This document shows positions 1 through 9,745 of a stretch of DNA of 64,000 nt, piece after piece. The translations under genes and the position numbers were made by a program. This DNA comes from a virus. Taxonomy: Duplodnaviria > Caudoviricetes. Position 1 is the first letter of the stretch; each line of letters starts with the position of its first letter. The notes beneath the pieces are model-generated. The model did not search any database and was not told the origin of the DNA. It saw only the letters and a list, made by a program, of their open reading frames with translations. Where the stretch lies: IMG/VR virus record IMGVR_UViG_3300005611_000001, one strand, 5' to 3'.

Positions 1-393
1 TACGGTGATTTTTTCATCAATATCAATCAATTTGTTTTTTGTACTTTTCGAACATTGTATTTCTTCTAAATTGATTGTATGTTCATTAGCTTCTTGACAA
101 TGAACGCAATTGAGATTTATCGTAGAAAGTTCTCCTACTGATTTTGATCGCAATTTGATAAAAATATATTCGATGTCAAAAGTTGTTAGACTGTCAATGT
201 TGACATCTTGTTGAATACAAGATTTAATTGTATCCAGAATGGCGTTGAGCATTTCGGTGCTGTCACGAGTTTCTGCTGCCATCATTAGAATTTTTTCTTC
301 TTTGACAAGATAAGGTCTGAACTTGATTTTCTTGCCTGTCGAAGGTATTTCTAATTCATATTTTGGTGTGTCATTTAGTGTAGGTAATGCCAT
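1..393 (-). CDS. gp26: Baseplate hub assembly protein gp26-like (3' end runs off the window)
   Basis: Manual translation from the ATG at 393 gives MALPTLNDTPKYELEIPSTGKKIKFRPYLVKEEKILMMAAE...FDIEYIFIKLRSKSVGE, the T4-like gp26 signature. Not in the ORF track because it is truncated. Confidence 0.85.
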   Translation of the reverse strand, partial: MALPTLNDTPKYELEIPSTGKKIKFRPYLVKEEKILMMAAETRDSTEMLNAILDTIKSCIQQDVNIDSLTTFDIEYIFIKLRSKSVGELSTINLNCVHCQEANEHTINLEEIQCSKSTKNKLIDIDEKITV

Positions 394-406
394 GATTTAA
401 TCTCCA

Positions 407-1090
407 TTAAATATTAGCTGCCACTGCTCCCAATACTCCTGCAAGTGCATTTTTAAGTTTGCCTTTGGGTTGTAACTTCTCGCCTTCCCAATATTGATAA
501 GAAAATTCTATATTGATTTGGCTGATTTCATTTGTTGCACCATCATTAAAAGTCTCATGAGTAACACTTATAGGATAAGCGCGATCAAGAGTCCATTTAT
601 AATTCTTTTCTAATTGTGTACCAATGTCTAAATCGAAACTTAGATTGATCGGGCCAAGGCTCACATCTTTGTTAAAGATTGGATAACTCACACCTTTTTC
701 TAATTGATAGATTTCGATTTTTTTACAATAAGTATCTGGGTAAGCTGAGCTATATCTTCCTTCAACATCATCGTATTTACTTAAAGATAGCTCTTGCCAT
801 ATTTCAAAATACTCTCTTACCGCTTGATTGTTTAAAACGCGGAAATTCATATTTACATTTGGGTTTACAAATCCATACACAACATCTTGCTTGACAACAC
901 CTAGCTCACGTTGTACACTAGTTAGCTGGCGTGATGGCAATGTAACATTGGTGCATAATACACCATATTCGTAAGAACTTGTTTCTGGCTGTAATGACGG
1001 AAGGTGAACATAGTATAGATTTGTACGAGCAAATCCTCTACCATCGGTCGCGATTGCTTTAAGTTCTTCGACTGTTCCTGATCTAAGCAT
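407..1090 (-). CDS. Tail-tube-fold baseplate protein (gp54/gp19 family tube initiator)
   Basis: LCTNVTLPSRQL...YFEIWQ...AYPISV...INIEFSYQYWE parallels the gp19 tube protein at 53485. Lies between gp26 and gp2. Confidence 0.7.
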   Translation of the reverse strand: MLRSGTVEELKAIATDGRGFARTNLYYVHLPSLQPETSSYEYGVLCTNVTLPSRQLTSVQRELGVVKQDVVYGFVNPNVNMNFRVLNNQAVREYFEIWQELSLSKYDDVEGRYSSAYPDTYCKKIEIYQLEKGVSYPIFNKDVSLGPINLSFDLDIGTQLEKNYKWTLDRAYPISVTHETFNDGATNEISQINIEFSYQYWEGEKLQPKGKLKNALAGVLGAVAANI

Positions 1091-1673
1091 TTATTATTCT
1101 CCGTGAATCTTTGTACACTTGACCCATCGTGCCTTTCTGCCACTGAGCAACAGGCAAGAATGTAGCAATCTCCCACTCAGGTGGTGGAATATATGCAAGT
1201 CGACCTTCGACTTGACTAGTCAAGTAATGCTTGAAACAGGGCTTGAAGTATTTAAACTTTGCTGCCCTGTTTAAAAACTCATACGATACTTCGAACTTCG
1301 TCGTCTCATCGTATTTCTTATTATTCGTAATGTCCATTAGCCCGTCAAGAAACTTAGCGCGAAGCGGAATCGGCAGATAATGTACATTCATACCATAGAA
1401 ACCTTTAGGCGCTGGTCCGACTGCGATCACAAGAGGGAATGCGTCCCAGTAAGGCAGTGTCTCGCGATGCTTTGCGTCATAGAAAAACATGTACATCGAA
1501 CCAGAAGCAGAGCGCGCCCTCTTTTGAATCGGGTCTTCATTCATCAACGCGCGACGATTGATGTTACGCATGTTCTGTACTTTACGACGAAACCACTCGC
1601 GTGACTCTTTAGTCCGCGGTGTGATACCAGCACGAAACGCTTCTTGTTCTACTTTCTGAAAAAGATTACTCAT
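1083..1673 (-). CDS. gp2: DNA end protector protein gp2
   Basis: MYMFFYDAKHRETLPYWDAFPLVI...GFYGMNVHYLP...FKPCFKHYL motifs of the T4 gp2 family. Confidence 0.9.
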   Translation of the reverse strand: MSNLFQKVEQEAFRAGITPRTKESREWFRRKVQNMRNINRRALMNEDPIQKRARSASGSMYMFFYDAKHRETLPYWDAFPLVIAVGPAPKGFYGMNVHYLPIPLRAKFLDGLMDITNNKKYDETTKFEVSYEFLNRAAKFKYFKPCFKHYLTSQVEGRLAYIPPPEWEIATFLPVAQWQKGTMGQVYKDSRRIINA

Positions 1674-2146
1674 GTTTTCTTTCTACGAAATGGTTTTAGT
1701 GGCTTGATAGATTTAGGCATAATGCCCTTGCTTTCAAGTTCTTTTTCTGTCCAAATCTCAAAGCCCCAACCCTGATCTTTTGCATATTCTTTAGCGGCTT
1801 CCCATTTATTTATATTCTTAATGTAAGTATAACCCTCTACAATGTATCGTTTTGTTCTACGATTGCCAGTCGGTGGCGATAACTCTTTTGCTGGCTTGAT
1901 TTCGACAAGCACTGTTTTTCCTGATTCGTAGACGATTTTTAAGTCCATGAAATATCGATGAATCTTTTTATCGACCTCATATAGATATGGTATGACAACT
2001 TCTTCGCTAGACCAGTATTTTACTTTGGGGTTTTCATCACACCACTTAAAGCAGTGTCTTTCCCACATAGAACGGTAGATCACATTCTTGCAATCGCCTT
2101 TATACTTCTCTATGTTCTTAACTTTGTATTTGCCTTTATATGTCAT
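1670..2146 (-). CDS. gp4: Head completion nuclease gp4
   Basis: YKGKYKVKNIEKYKGD...YRSMWER...WSSEEVVIPY...HRYFMD...EIKP...NKWEAA. Start re-placed at MTYKG (2146). Confidence 0.92.
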   Translation of the reverse strand: MTYKGKYKVKNIEKYKGDCKNVIYRSMWERHCFKWCDENPKVKYWSSEEVVIPYLYEVDKKIHRYFMDLKIVYESGKTVLVEIKPAKELSPPTGNRRTKRYIVEGYTYIKNINKWEAAKEYAKDQGWGFEIWTEKELESKGIMPKSIKPLKPFRRKKT

Positions 2147-2155
2147 GAAAAACTC

Positions 2156-2163
2156 TATAAATA
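2156..2163 (+). promoter_or_regulatory. T4-type late promoter (TATAAATA) for the gp48 operon
   Basis: Exact TATAAATA 34 nt upstream of the gp48 ATG. Two TAAATA cores on the minus strand (2181-2195) may drive the divergent gp4 operon. Confidence 0.8.
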
Positions 2164-2196
2164 GAAACAACACTCGCAACTATTTAGAGTATTTAA

Positions 2197-3402
2197 ATGG
2201 TAGACAATAGAAAGAGAGCCCAAGCTCAAAGAGCGCGCAATTTTCAAAAAGACAGAGAGCAGAGTCAAGAAAATCAAACTGCTACCGAAACTGTTGTCAT
2301 TGCGGAAGAAAAATCAACCGACGAACAGAACAAACAGGCGATTGATCCTGATGTTACGGCGCTTGAAAAAGTAAGACGCGACTTAAAATATCCACTTACA
2401 ATTTCAAGCAATTATCCTGCAAGAATTATTTTTAAAGCAATTGAAGTCGAGGGTGTAAACATAGGTGAAAAAATTGGTGATAGCTTTTCTTCTCTTGCAA
2501 AAAAATTCACAAACTTTTTTTCGTCTGAAGCTGAAGCTGTAGAAGGGGCAACAACTTCTATTTCTGACGGAAAGGTTGAAGCAGGCACCAAGCAAAGACT
2601 AGAAGAGCTTGAGCAAGCTGGAAATGATTTTAGTCAATCGTTCGATAATGTTAGCGCTAGCAATCTTGTTGTAGGTACTGTAACGCTTCCTCTTCAGCGT
2701 GATTTGAGATTTAGCGATAATGCACAATACGAAACAGCAAATCTTGGAGTCCTTGGTGGTGCGTTAGAACAAGGAATTCAAGGCAGAAACGCATTTGCCG
2801 GAATCACACAAAACAATCAATTGGTTCAAACTGCTTCTGCAATTGCAGCTTCAGCGGTTGCAAAAGGTGTTGGTGAAGCAGCAGGTGCTGCAATCGGTGC
2901 GACCGTTGCGAGGGGTCCAGGTGCTGTACTAGGTGTGGCTGCGCTTGGCGGTGCGTTCGAAGGCCTTTCTCCTGCTGTACGAAGCGCTACTCGCATTGCA
3001 ACTGCACCTAATCAGCGTACACTGTTTCAGCAAGTGAACATTCGAAACTTTGCCTTTACTTTTAAAATGGTCGCAAACAATCAAAGAGAAGCTGAAGAAA
3101 TTAAAAGCATTGTACAGTTTTTCAGACAAGAACTTTATCCCGAAAAAATACCTTTAGGCGAAACTGGTGTGCCCTTGGGCTATAAGTTTCCAAACATGTT
3201 CGAAATTGAAATCAAAAACAGACTTGATCGAAATCCAGCGTTCAAAATTCAGCGTTGTTATTTGCGCGATGTTCAAACATCATTTAACCCAACAGCAACT
3301 GGTATGCACGATGATGGTAGTTTTGTTGAGGTGGATATATCTCTAGCATTTCAAGAAATTGTTGCACTTGATAAAGCAAAAGTTAGGGATGGTGAATACT
3401 AA
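2197..3402 (+). CDS. gp48: Baseplate tail-tube cap gp48
   Basis: APNQRTLFQQVNIRNFAFTFKMV...EAEEIKSIVQFFRQELYP...YKFPNMFEIE...CYLRDVQTSF. Lies before gp53. Confidence 0.85.
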   Translation: MVDNRKRAQAQRARNFQKDREQSQENQTATETVVIAEEKSTDEQNKQAIDPDVTALEKVRRDLKYPLTISSNYPARIIFKAIEVEGVNIGEKIGDSFSSLAKKFTNFFSSEAEAVEGATTSISDGKVEAGTKQRLEELEQAGNDFSQSFDNVSASNLVVGTVTLPLQRDLRFSDNAQYETANLGVLGGALEQGIQGRNAFAGITQNNQLVQTASAIAASAVAKGVGEAAGAAIGATVARGPGAVLGVAALGGAFEGLSPAVRSATRIATAPNQRTLFQQVNIRNFAFTFKMVANNQREAEEIKSIVQFFRQELYPEKIPLGETGVPLGYKFPNMFEIEIKNRLDRNPAFKIQRCYLRDVQTSFNPTATGMHDDGSFVEVDISLAFQEIVALDKAKVRDGEY

Positions 3403-4151
3403 TGTCAAATTATTTTCAAAATTTTCCAAAAGTTCTGTATCTTTTCGGTGATGAAGAAGAGCCTGTTCTTTTTCAACAGCTGACGAAATATGTCGATCTT
3501 GTCGATACTTTACGCGACAATACTGGCGCATATATCGAATATGAGATTCGCGACGGTGATCGCCCAGACACTCTGTCATATAGATTGTATGGTAAAAGCG
3601 AATACGATTGGACTTTCTTTCTGATGAATGAAAGGCTGCGCGAAACTGGCTGGCCAAAAAGTTTATCGCAGCTGTATTCTTATGCACAATCGACCTTTTT
3701 TCCTAACTATACCGCAAAGTTAGCCATTACTGAAGCTGACAGTGCTACTGCAAGAAGCTTAGCTGACAAATATCCTGTTGGTCAAGCAGTGCTAGTGCAA
3801 GGAAGCGATGGCGTTGTTGTACGCAAGAATCTGGATCTGGGCGAAATTACAATTTCTTCTGATAGTGATATTACAGGCAAAACTGCTTTGTCTTACGCAG
3901 ACGGAACGAATCTTATTGCTTTGTCTGCAACTGTATATGAATATCAGGGTACACATCACTACGAAGGCGATTCAGGTCAATGGCTTGATTTTTTCTATGA
4001 CAGAACTGGTGTTGTTCCTGTCAAATTGCCTATTACGAATCTAGAATATCTAGTTGCAGAAAATGATCTGTCTAGAAAGATTCGCGTACTTAAAAAAGAA
4101 TATGTAGAAAAAGTCGTCGGTGAATTCAAGCGATTGATAGAGAGAACTTGA
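3402..4151 (+). CDS. gp53: Baseplate wedge subunit gp53 (LysM-like)
   Basis: MSNYFQNFPKVLY...YEIRDGDRPDTLSYRLYGKSEYDWTFFLMN...WP...HHYE...TNLEY...RKIRVLK. Confidence 0.9.
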   Translation: MSNYFQNFPKVLYLFGDEEEPVLFQQLTKYVDLVDTLRDNTGAYIEYEIRDGDRPDTLSYRLYGKSEYDWTFFLMNERLRETGWPKSLSQLYSYAQSTFFPNYTAKLAITEADSATARSLADKYPVGQAVLVQGSDGVVVRKNLDLGEITISSDSDITGKTALSYADGTNLIALSATVYEYQGTHHYEGDSGQWLDFFYDRTGVVPVKLPITNLEYLVAENDLSRKIRVLKKEYVEKVVGEFKRLIERT

Positions 4152-5515
4152 TGGCTCAAAATCAGTCACAGTTTGGTATACTTGAAGCGTCAATAATCTT
4201 ATCTTCTGCGAAGAACGAAGACAAGGTTGTAGATGTTCGTGGTAATATTGTCGAAGTAAACTTCTTCGAAAATCTTTACAAACCTTATGTAGACGCATCG
4301 ATTGCCATCATCGATGATTTCGGATTAAAAGATGCTCTTTCTTTGCAAGGAACTGAGCGAATCAGAATTGTGCTAGGAGATGCTGAGGCACCAGAAACAC
4401 CAATTATCGTCAAGTATTTTTTCTTTTCGAAAATAAATGACACTCGTCGCCTGAATGAAAGATCAGAAATTCTTTTCATTAATCTTGTTGAAGAACATGT
4501 TTACATAGATTCAATTAAACAGTTTAGTAGATCATATACAAACTCTCTTGAAAATATCGTATCTACCGTTGCCGAAAATGAATTAGGCAAAAAAGTTAGA
4601 CAAGATTTTTTTCAAGGTTCTGTGCAAGGGACAAGAAAAATAATAGTTCCTTATATGAGCCCTCTAGAAGCAATTCAATGGATCAAAGATCGCGCGACGA
4701 CAAGAACAGGGTCCCCTTTGTTTTTATATGGCTCTCTTTATACTGACGAACTAATTTTTTCTGATTTAGATAATTTGCTTAAAGAGCCTGTCATAAACAA
4801 CAAACTGCCTTTAAGATATACGAGCGCAATTGCTAGCGTAGACCAAGACCAAGAAAATTTACGACCATACTATGAAGTTATTTCTTTTAAAGAAATGAAT
4901 TCAGAAAACTCACAAGCGCTTTATGAGAATGGTGCTATAGGTTCATACTATGCAAACATCGATGCTGGAACTGGATCAGTTTCAGGAAGCCACATTAGTA
5001 TTCGTGATATCATTGATGAATTTTATACAAACGAATTAATTTCGCCAGACACTGCTCAGAGCATTTTTGATCCTTCGTTAGAAATAAATGGTAAGCTTTC
5101 AGACGAATATAATTCTCTTCATGTACATCAAGCTTTTTCAAGCGGCACATATAATCAATTTAAAAGCTATCATGACGAAGCTACCGTGCTAGATGAAAAT
5201 GGTGCGCTTACAGAATCTAAATTAAAAGTTAAAAACAAAATTATCAGAACAATATTGAAAAAGAATTTGATTGATATTGGTATGAACGGGTCGCTCTTTT
5301 TCAAAGGCAAAGTAACTGTTGGTCGAAAGCTTCGTGTTTTATTTTTGAATTCTAACGTTGATGGGGATAAAAGTGATCCCATCAAACAAGTTGATAAAAG
5401 AAAATCTGGCGACTATTTGATTCTAGCCATCAATCATAGACTTATCGATGAGAAGCACACATCAGTGTTGAGACTTACAAAGCTTGGCGAATTGCCTAGA
5501 GACTTTGAACTATGA
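4148..5515 (+). CDS. Putative baseplate hub protein (gp27-like)
   Basis: Lies between gp53 and gp5. EVNFFENLYKPYVDASIAIID N-terminus and GDYLILAINHRL C-terminus resemble contractile-tail hub proteins. Confidence 0.55.
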   Translation: MMAQNQSQFGILEASIILSSAKNEDKVVDVRGNIVEVNFFENLYKPYVDASIAIIDDFGLKDALSLQGTERIRIVLGDAEAPETPIIVKYFFFSKINDTRRLNERSEILFINLVEEHVYIDSIKQFSRSYTNSLENIVSTVAENELGKKVRQDFFQGSVQGTRKIIVPYMSPLEAIQWIKDRATTRTGSPLFLYGSLYTDELIFSDLDNLLKEPVINNKLPLRYTSAIASVDQDQENLRPYYEVISFKEMNSENSQALYENGAIGSYYANIDAGTGSVSGSHISIRDIIDEFYTNELISPDTAQSIFDPSLEINGKLSDEYNSLHVHQAFSSGTYNQFKSYHDEATVLDENGALTESKLKVKNKIIRTILKKNLIDIGMNGSLFFKGKVTVGRKLRVLFLNSNVDGDKSDPIKQVDKRKSGDYLILAINHRLIDEKHTSVLRLTKLGELPRDFEL

Positions 5516-6381
5516 ATGTTTTAAGACCAATTCAAAAAGAGTTCTACGGTGATGACTATCGCTGGTTTTTTGGCACGGTCGTAAATGCTGTGCCGCCTAG
5601 TGGTCTTGAAGGGCGTGTCAAAGTTCGAATCTATGGCGTTCACAATCCACTGACAAATGAAATACCTGAAAAAGACTTGCCGTGGGCTCAAGTTCTGCTT
5701 CCGACAACCGAAGGTGGTTCGTCGGGTATTGGTCGAATTCCACAGCTAGTGACTGGTGCATTTGTGTTTGGAATTTTTCTTGACGGTATTTCGTCACAAA
5801 TTCCATTAGTTCTTGGTTCTTTGCCTCGCGTTGAGTTTCCTACTTCTATTCAAAGCGGAAGAGAACTGTCGTCTCCTGACAAGTTTCAATATGATCAAGG
5901 GCGTTTGCAAAACGTTGTTGCACAAACTTTCAAAGACGACAAAGAAGCAAAAGCAAGCGTCGGGCTAAGACGACAGCAAGCAATGAAGTTTTTTATCGAC
6001 AATGGATATGATTTGATTCATTCGGCTTCATTGACAGGTGCGATTGAAGCAAGCTCCGGATTTCAAACATATAACACAGATATAAACTCTGAAACAGTTG
6101 GTATTATTAATTGGAAAAATCGTGCAAAGACAGGCAGCAGGTTTAATGAACTTTTGAAATTTGCGGCACAATATTCTCCTAATTCTGATTGGAGACTATA
6201 CTCAATACAATTACAATTTGTGCTGTTTGAGTTGCGCAATCGATTTAATCTTGTTAATAGCAAATTTCTTTTTACCACAGATATAAAAAGCGCTAGTGAA
6301 ATTCTCAACCGTGACTACATAAAAGGTTCGAATCGCAGCGATCAGTTAGCGCAAAGAGCATATGAAGAGGTGTTGTCATAA
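5512..6381 (+). CDS. gp5: gp5 N-terminal OB-fold protein fused to a phage-tail-lysozyme-like domain
   Basis: WFFGTVVN...GRVKVRIYGVH...LPWAQVLLP...GAFVFGIFLDG...PLVLGS is the gp5 OB domain. The C-terminal AMKFFIDNG...GIINW...R...L...QLQFVLFEL resembles the phage tail lysozyme (PF18013-like) fold. Confidence 0.8.
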   Translation: MNVLRPIQKEFYGDDYRWFFGTVVNAVPPSGLEGRVKVRIYGVHNPLTNEIPEKDLPWAQVLLPTTEGGSSGIGRIPQLVTGAFVFGIFLDGISSQIPLVLGSLPRVEFPTSIQSGRELSSPDKFQYDQGRLQNVVAQTFKDDKEAKASVGLRRQQAMKFFIDNGYDLIHSASLTGAIEASSGFQTYNTDINSETVGIINWKNRAKTGSRFNELLKFAAQYSPNSDWRLYSIQLQFVLFELRNRFNLVNSKFLFTTDIKSASEILNRDYIKGSNRSDQLAQRAYEEVLS

Positions 6382-8285
6382 TGGTGGCTACAGGAAAAGA
6401 AAAACTTCAGGAAACAGTTAAGACGGCAGCGTCTTCTGTTGATACATCTCAGATTGATGAGACAGCACAAACCGCACAAGAAACACTCAACAATTCTGTC
6501 GAGACAGTTGTTGGCGGAGTTGCAGGTGAGATAGAAGGTGGTGTTCAAAGTTTAACACAGAAGTTTGACAAGTTTCAAGATAAGTTAAACAATACCACAA
6601 CCGAAGGCTTGATCGCTGATGGTGCGCAAACTCTAGAGAATCTTGCTACTGATTTTGTAAAAGAACAAGCAAGCAATCTTTTGTCGAAGTTTGGTGTAAA
6701 TGTAAACATTCAGTTTAGTGAACCCGATTCGAATGGTGTTGTTGTTCCTATCGATGCATCACTTGATGCTGACGGCGGCGTCAGTGGAACAATCGCGGAT
6801 GTTCTAAAACTTATTACTGGGCTTGGCATTGATACAGGTAATCTGCAAAAAGCGCTTGTTGAAGGTAGCCCCGAAGGTGTTCTATCTGCAGGAGAAGACC
6901 TTCTTGCAGGTAAAATTGGTGCGTTTGATGGTGCCGCAGCAATAAACTCTTTGACCGATGCTGCTGTATCTACTGTCACAGATACGCTTCAGACCACAGT
7001 ATTGAATGCTTTAGCATCTAATTCAAATCTCAACACAGTTATCAATGCAGTCTCAGCAGTTGAGTCTGACGGCTCGGGCGGTATTTCGTTTACAAGAACA
7101 GCAATTACTGCTTCGCGTATCGGTGCAGGAAACACCGACAGCGCTATATTTAATTCTGCAATCACAAAGAACAAAACAGATCCTCTTGCAGATTTAAATA
7201 ATATTGTCACAGATGCGAAGAATATCAAAGTAAATCTGGACAAAGCTAAATCAGATTTAGAAAATCTTTCGGGCGGTAAAGATCCAAGCACGGTTTTAAA
7301 TTCTGTAAAAGGTGCTGCTGCAGCAAGAGATTCTTACACACAAAAGGGCGACGAGTATCGTTCGCTTGTAAAGACTCGTGTAGCTAAAGGATCGCAAACT
7401 GGAGTTGTGCAAGGAATTAGCACAGAGATTCTAACAGATGTCAAGAAACAAATTCGTGACTTTGCTCCTAGACTCACTGGTGAGCAAGTCAATCAAGTAA
7501 TTGCACTTTCACAAGGTGATGCTGCTGACATTTCTCAAGCGGTTCGTCTCTTGTTTGACGCGACAGGAAAACAGTTCGATACCATTCGTCAGTTTATTAA
7601 ATCAATCGATACCTCAATTGAGAGCGCTACACGAGTTACACCCGAAGAAGCTATCTTTACTGAACCTTATGTCATAGGTTCATACGAAAAAGATTGGAAT
7701 CAAGGTGCAGGTAATCCTAAATTCCCATATATCTCTTCGTTAGAAGAACTACAGGCAGAACTTCGCAATGTCAATCGTGAAGTCACAGAGGTTGTGGTTC
7801 ACTGGACAGAGACACATACTGACAAGAATATTGGGTCAGAAGAAATAAATAAGTACCATGTTGATCTGGGGCTGAACGGCATTGGCTATCACTATGTTAT
7901 TCGTCGAGATGGCTCTTTGCAGAGAGGTCGACCAGTCAACATTCAAGGTCAACACGCACCAATCAATAATCATGATCAAAGAAGCATTGGGCTTGTGTTT
8001 GTAGGCGGTATTAATGTATCGTCGGGCACACCAAATCCTGAGAACTTTTTGTCTGCACAGTCACTGACAAGAAGTCAGATAAACACCTTTGACCATTTCT
8101 GTCGAGCGTTCTATGCAGTGTTTCCGGGTGGTCAGATTGTCGGGCACAGCGAGATTGATGCAGATGAGGTTGATCCTGGTTTTGAAGTGATTAATTACGT
8201 TGAGAACGTTTTCGGAAAAACATCTAAGTTTACTGACCCTCTTTCAGAAAGCCCGTTGACAATCGATGAGATATTAACACAATGA
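6381..8285 (+). CDS. Virion protein with C-terminal N-acetylmuramoyl-L-alanine amidase (T7-lysozyme/Amidase_2 type)
   Basis: VVVHWT...IGYHYVIRRDGSLQRGRP...GQHA...SIGLVFVGG...IVGHSEI...DPGF gives candidate Zn ligands His, His and Asp. The long N-terminus is low-complexity and probably helical. Confidence 0.85.
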   Translation: MVATGKEKLQETVKTAASSVDTSQIDETAQTAQETLNNSVETVVGGVAGEIEGGVQSLTQKFDKFQDKLNNTTTEGLIADGAQTLENLATDFVKEQASNLLSKFGVNVNIQFSEPDSNGVVVPIDASLDADGGVSGTIADVLKLITGLGIDTGNLQKALVEGSPEGVLSAGEDLLAGKIGAFDGAAAINSLTDAAVSTVTDTLQTTVLNALASNSNLNTVINAVSAVESDGSGGISFTRTAITASRIGAGNTDSAIFNSAITKNKTDPLADLNNIVTDAKNIKVNLDKAKSDLENLSGGKDPSTVLNSVKGAAAARDSYTQKGDEYRSLVKTRVAKGSQTGVVQGISTEILTDVKKQIRDFAPRLTGEQVNQVIALSQGDAADISQAVRLLFDATGKQFDTIRQFIKSIDTSIESATRVTPEEAIFTEPYVIGSYEKDWNQGAGNPKFPYISSLEELQAELRNVNREVTEVVVHWTETHTDKNIGSEEINKYHVDLGLNGIGYHYVIRRDGSLQRGRPVNIQGQHAPINNHDQRSIGLVFVGGINVSSGTPNPENFLSAQSLTRSQINTFDHFCRAFYAVFPGGQIVGHSEIDADEVDPGFEVINYVENVFGKTSKFTDPLSESPLTIDEILTQ

Positions 8286-9745
8286 CAAATAAGTTAGACG
8301 ATCTACAAGAAAGAATCGATAGATTCGGCGAAGGTCAAGAAGAGACCGTCGGCGTCCCTCAAGAAGGTTTTGCAGACGCGACTGGTGAATATCCTAATCG
8401 CGATTATTTTTTCGGCACAAGCTTAAACAAAGCAGCAAAGGGCGAAAAAGTAAACAATCTTGATCTGGGTGGTGGTGATTATGGTGTTGCGCTGAAAGTT
8501 CCTGATCAAAAACCTTCACAATATCCACACAATCAAGTACAAGAAACACCATCGGGTCACGCTATCGAAGTAGATGATACGCCTGGTGGTGAAAGAATTC
8601 TAATCAAGCACCGCACGGGTGCTGGCGTTGAAATGCGCGCTGATGGTTCTGTTATTGTCTCTTCGAAGAATCAGCGCATTGAAGTTACGGGTGGTGATCA
8701 TACAACCATTGTCGAAGGAGAAGGAAATCTTGTTTACAAAGGAAATCTCAACCTTACTGTTACTGGCGATTTCAATGTGGATGTCGGGGGTAATTATACT
8801 CTTAACGTTGCCGGAGATAAATCTGAGGAAATCAAGGGACGACACACAAAAATAGTTGACCGAGATCAGAACTATACGATTCGTGGTGCGCGTGGTGAGC
8901 AGGTGGTCGGAATGGCGACCTCTACAGTGCTTGGCGACCAGAATCTAATTACAGCGGGCAATCTGAATCAGTTCACTCAAGGTAATACGGAAATACTTGC
9001 AGGTGGTAGTTTAATTACAACTGCAGTAGATGAATGGGTTGCGGCTTCTTCTACTGCAAACATCACAGCGCGGCATATTAGTATGATCGGGCACAAGGGT
9101 ACGATTGGTGGACCTCTGCTTGATTACTACGGCAAAACGTATGGTGGTTTTCCTGCAGGCATTACTAATCTATCTACTTTCTATGGTACGCTTGTAGGTA
9201 AAGCGGCTGAGTCTATTCGCGCAGATTATGCGATGGTATCTTCGCAAGCAGGGTGGTCTGGATTTGCGGGTGCTTCACTAACTGCAGTAACTGCAGCGAG
9301 CCTTGGTGCTGGGCCGCCGCCTGTAGTTGTTCCTCCGGTACCGGGTATCATGCCGTTCATTCCGATTCCTTCAACCGCGCCGCTGCCAAATCCTGCGATT
9401 GTTGAAATGCAGTTGTCGTCTAGCAACTATGGCGTTCGCGGTGTTACCGTTGATCCAAAACTGAAGAAAAAGATTCTACGTTCTGATGACTACAAAGGAT
9501 TGTTTAACTTCGATCCAAACATTCATGAGATTCGTTCGAAACTTCGTGATCCGCAACACTTTAACAATGGTGGGTTCACAAGCTATCTTGTTTCGCAAGG
9601 TAAGCTGAACAAAGACTTTAAAAAGAATCTGCCAAAGAATATTGGGCGCTCTGCATCAAAGACTGGCACGACCAGATTTGGTGTAAATCTACTTGGTAAT
9701 AATGCTGCTGATAATCGAAGCAAGCGATTTAAGGTGAATAAATGA
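8282..9745 (+). CDS. gp5: gp5 C-terminal spike (triple beta-helix) protein
   Basis: YPHNQVQETPSGHAIEVDDTPGGERILIKHRTG followed by VxG octapeptide repeats (TVTGDFNVDVGGNYTLNVAGDKSEEIKG). Confidence 0.85.
   Translation: MTNKLDDLQERIDRFGEGQEETVGVPQEGFADATGEYPNRDYFFGTSLNKAAKGEKVNNLDLGGGDYGVALKVPDQKPSQYPHNQVQETPSGHAIEVDDTPGGERILIKHRTGAGVEMRADGSVIVSSKNQRIEVTGGDHTTIVEGEGNLVYKGNLNLTVTGDFNVDVGGNYTLNVAGDKSEEIKGRHTKIVDRDQNYTIRGARGEQVVGMATSTVLGDQNLITAGNLNQFTQGNTEILAGGSLITTAVDEWVAASSTANITARHISMIGHKGTIGGPLLDYYGKTYGGFPAGITNLSTFYGTLVGKAAESIRADYAMVSSQAGWSGFAGASLTAVTAASLGAGPPPVVVPPVPGIMPFIPIPSTAPLPNPAIVEMQLSSSNYGVRGVTVDPKLKKKILRSDDYKGLFNFDPNIHEIRSKLRDPQHFNNGGFTSYLVSQGKLNKDFKKNLPKNIGRSASKTGTTRFGVNLLGNNAADNRSKRFKVNK

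Noticed and set aside
2147-2179. Extended gp4 start given by the ORF track (MRVLFLFIEFF)
   Set aside because: It overlaps the divergent promoter region, and gp4 homology starts at MTYKG (2146). Upstream starts for the glycosyltransferase (32289), gp17 (50039) and uvsY (60589) were trimmed for similar reasons.
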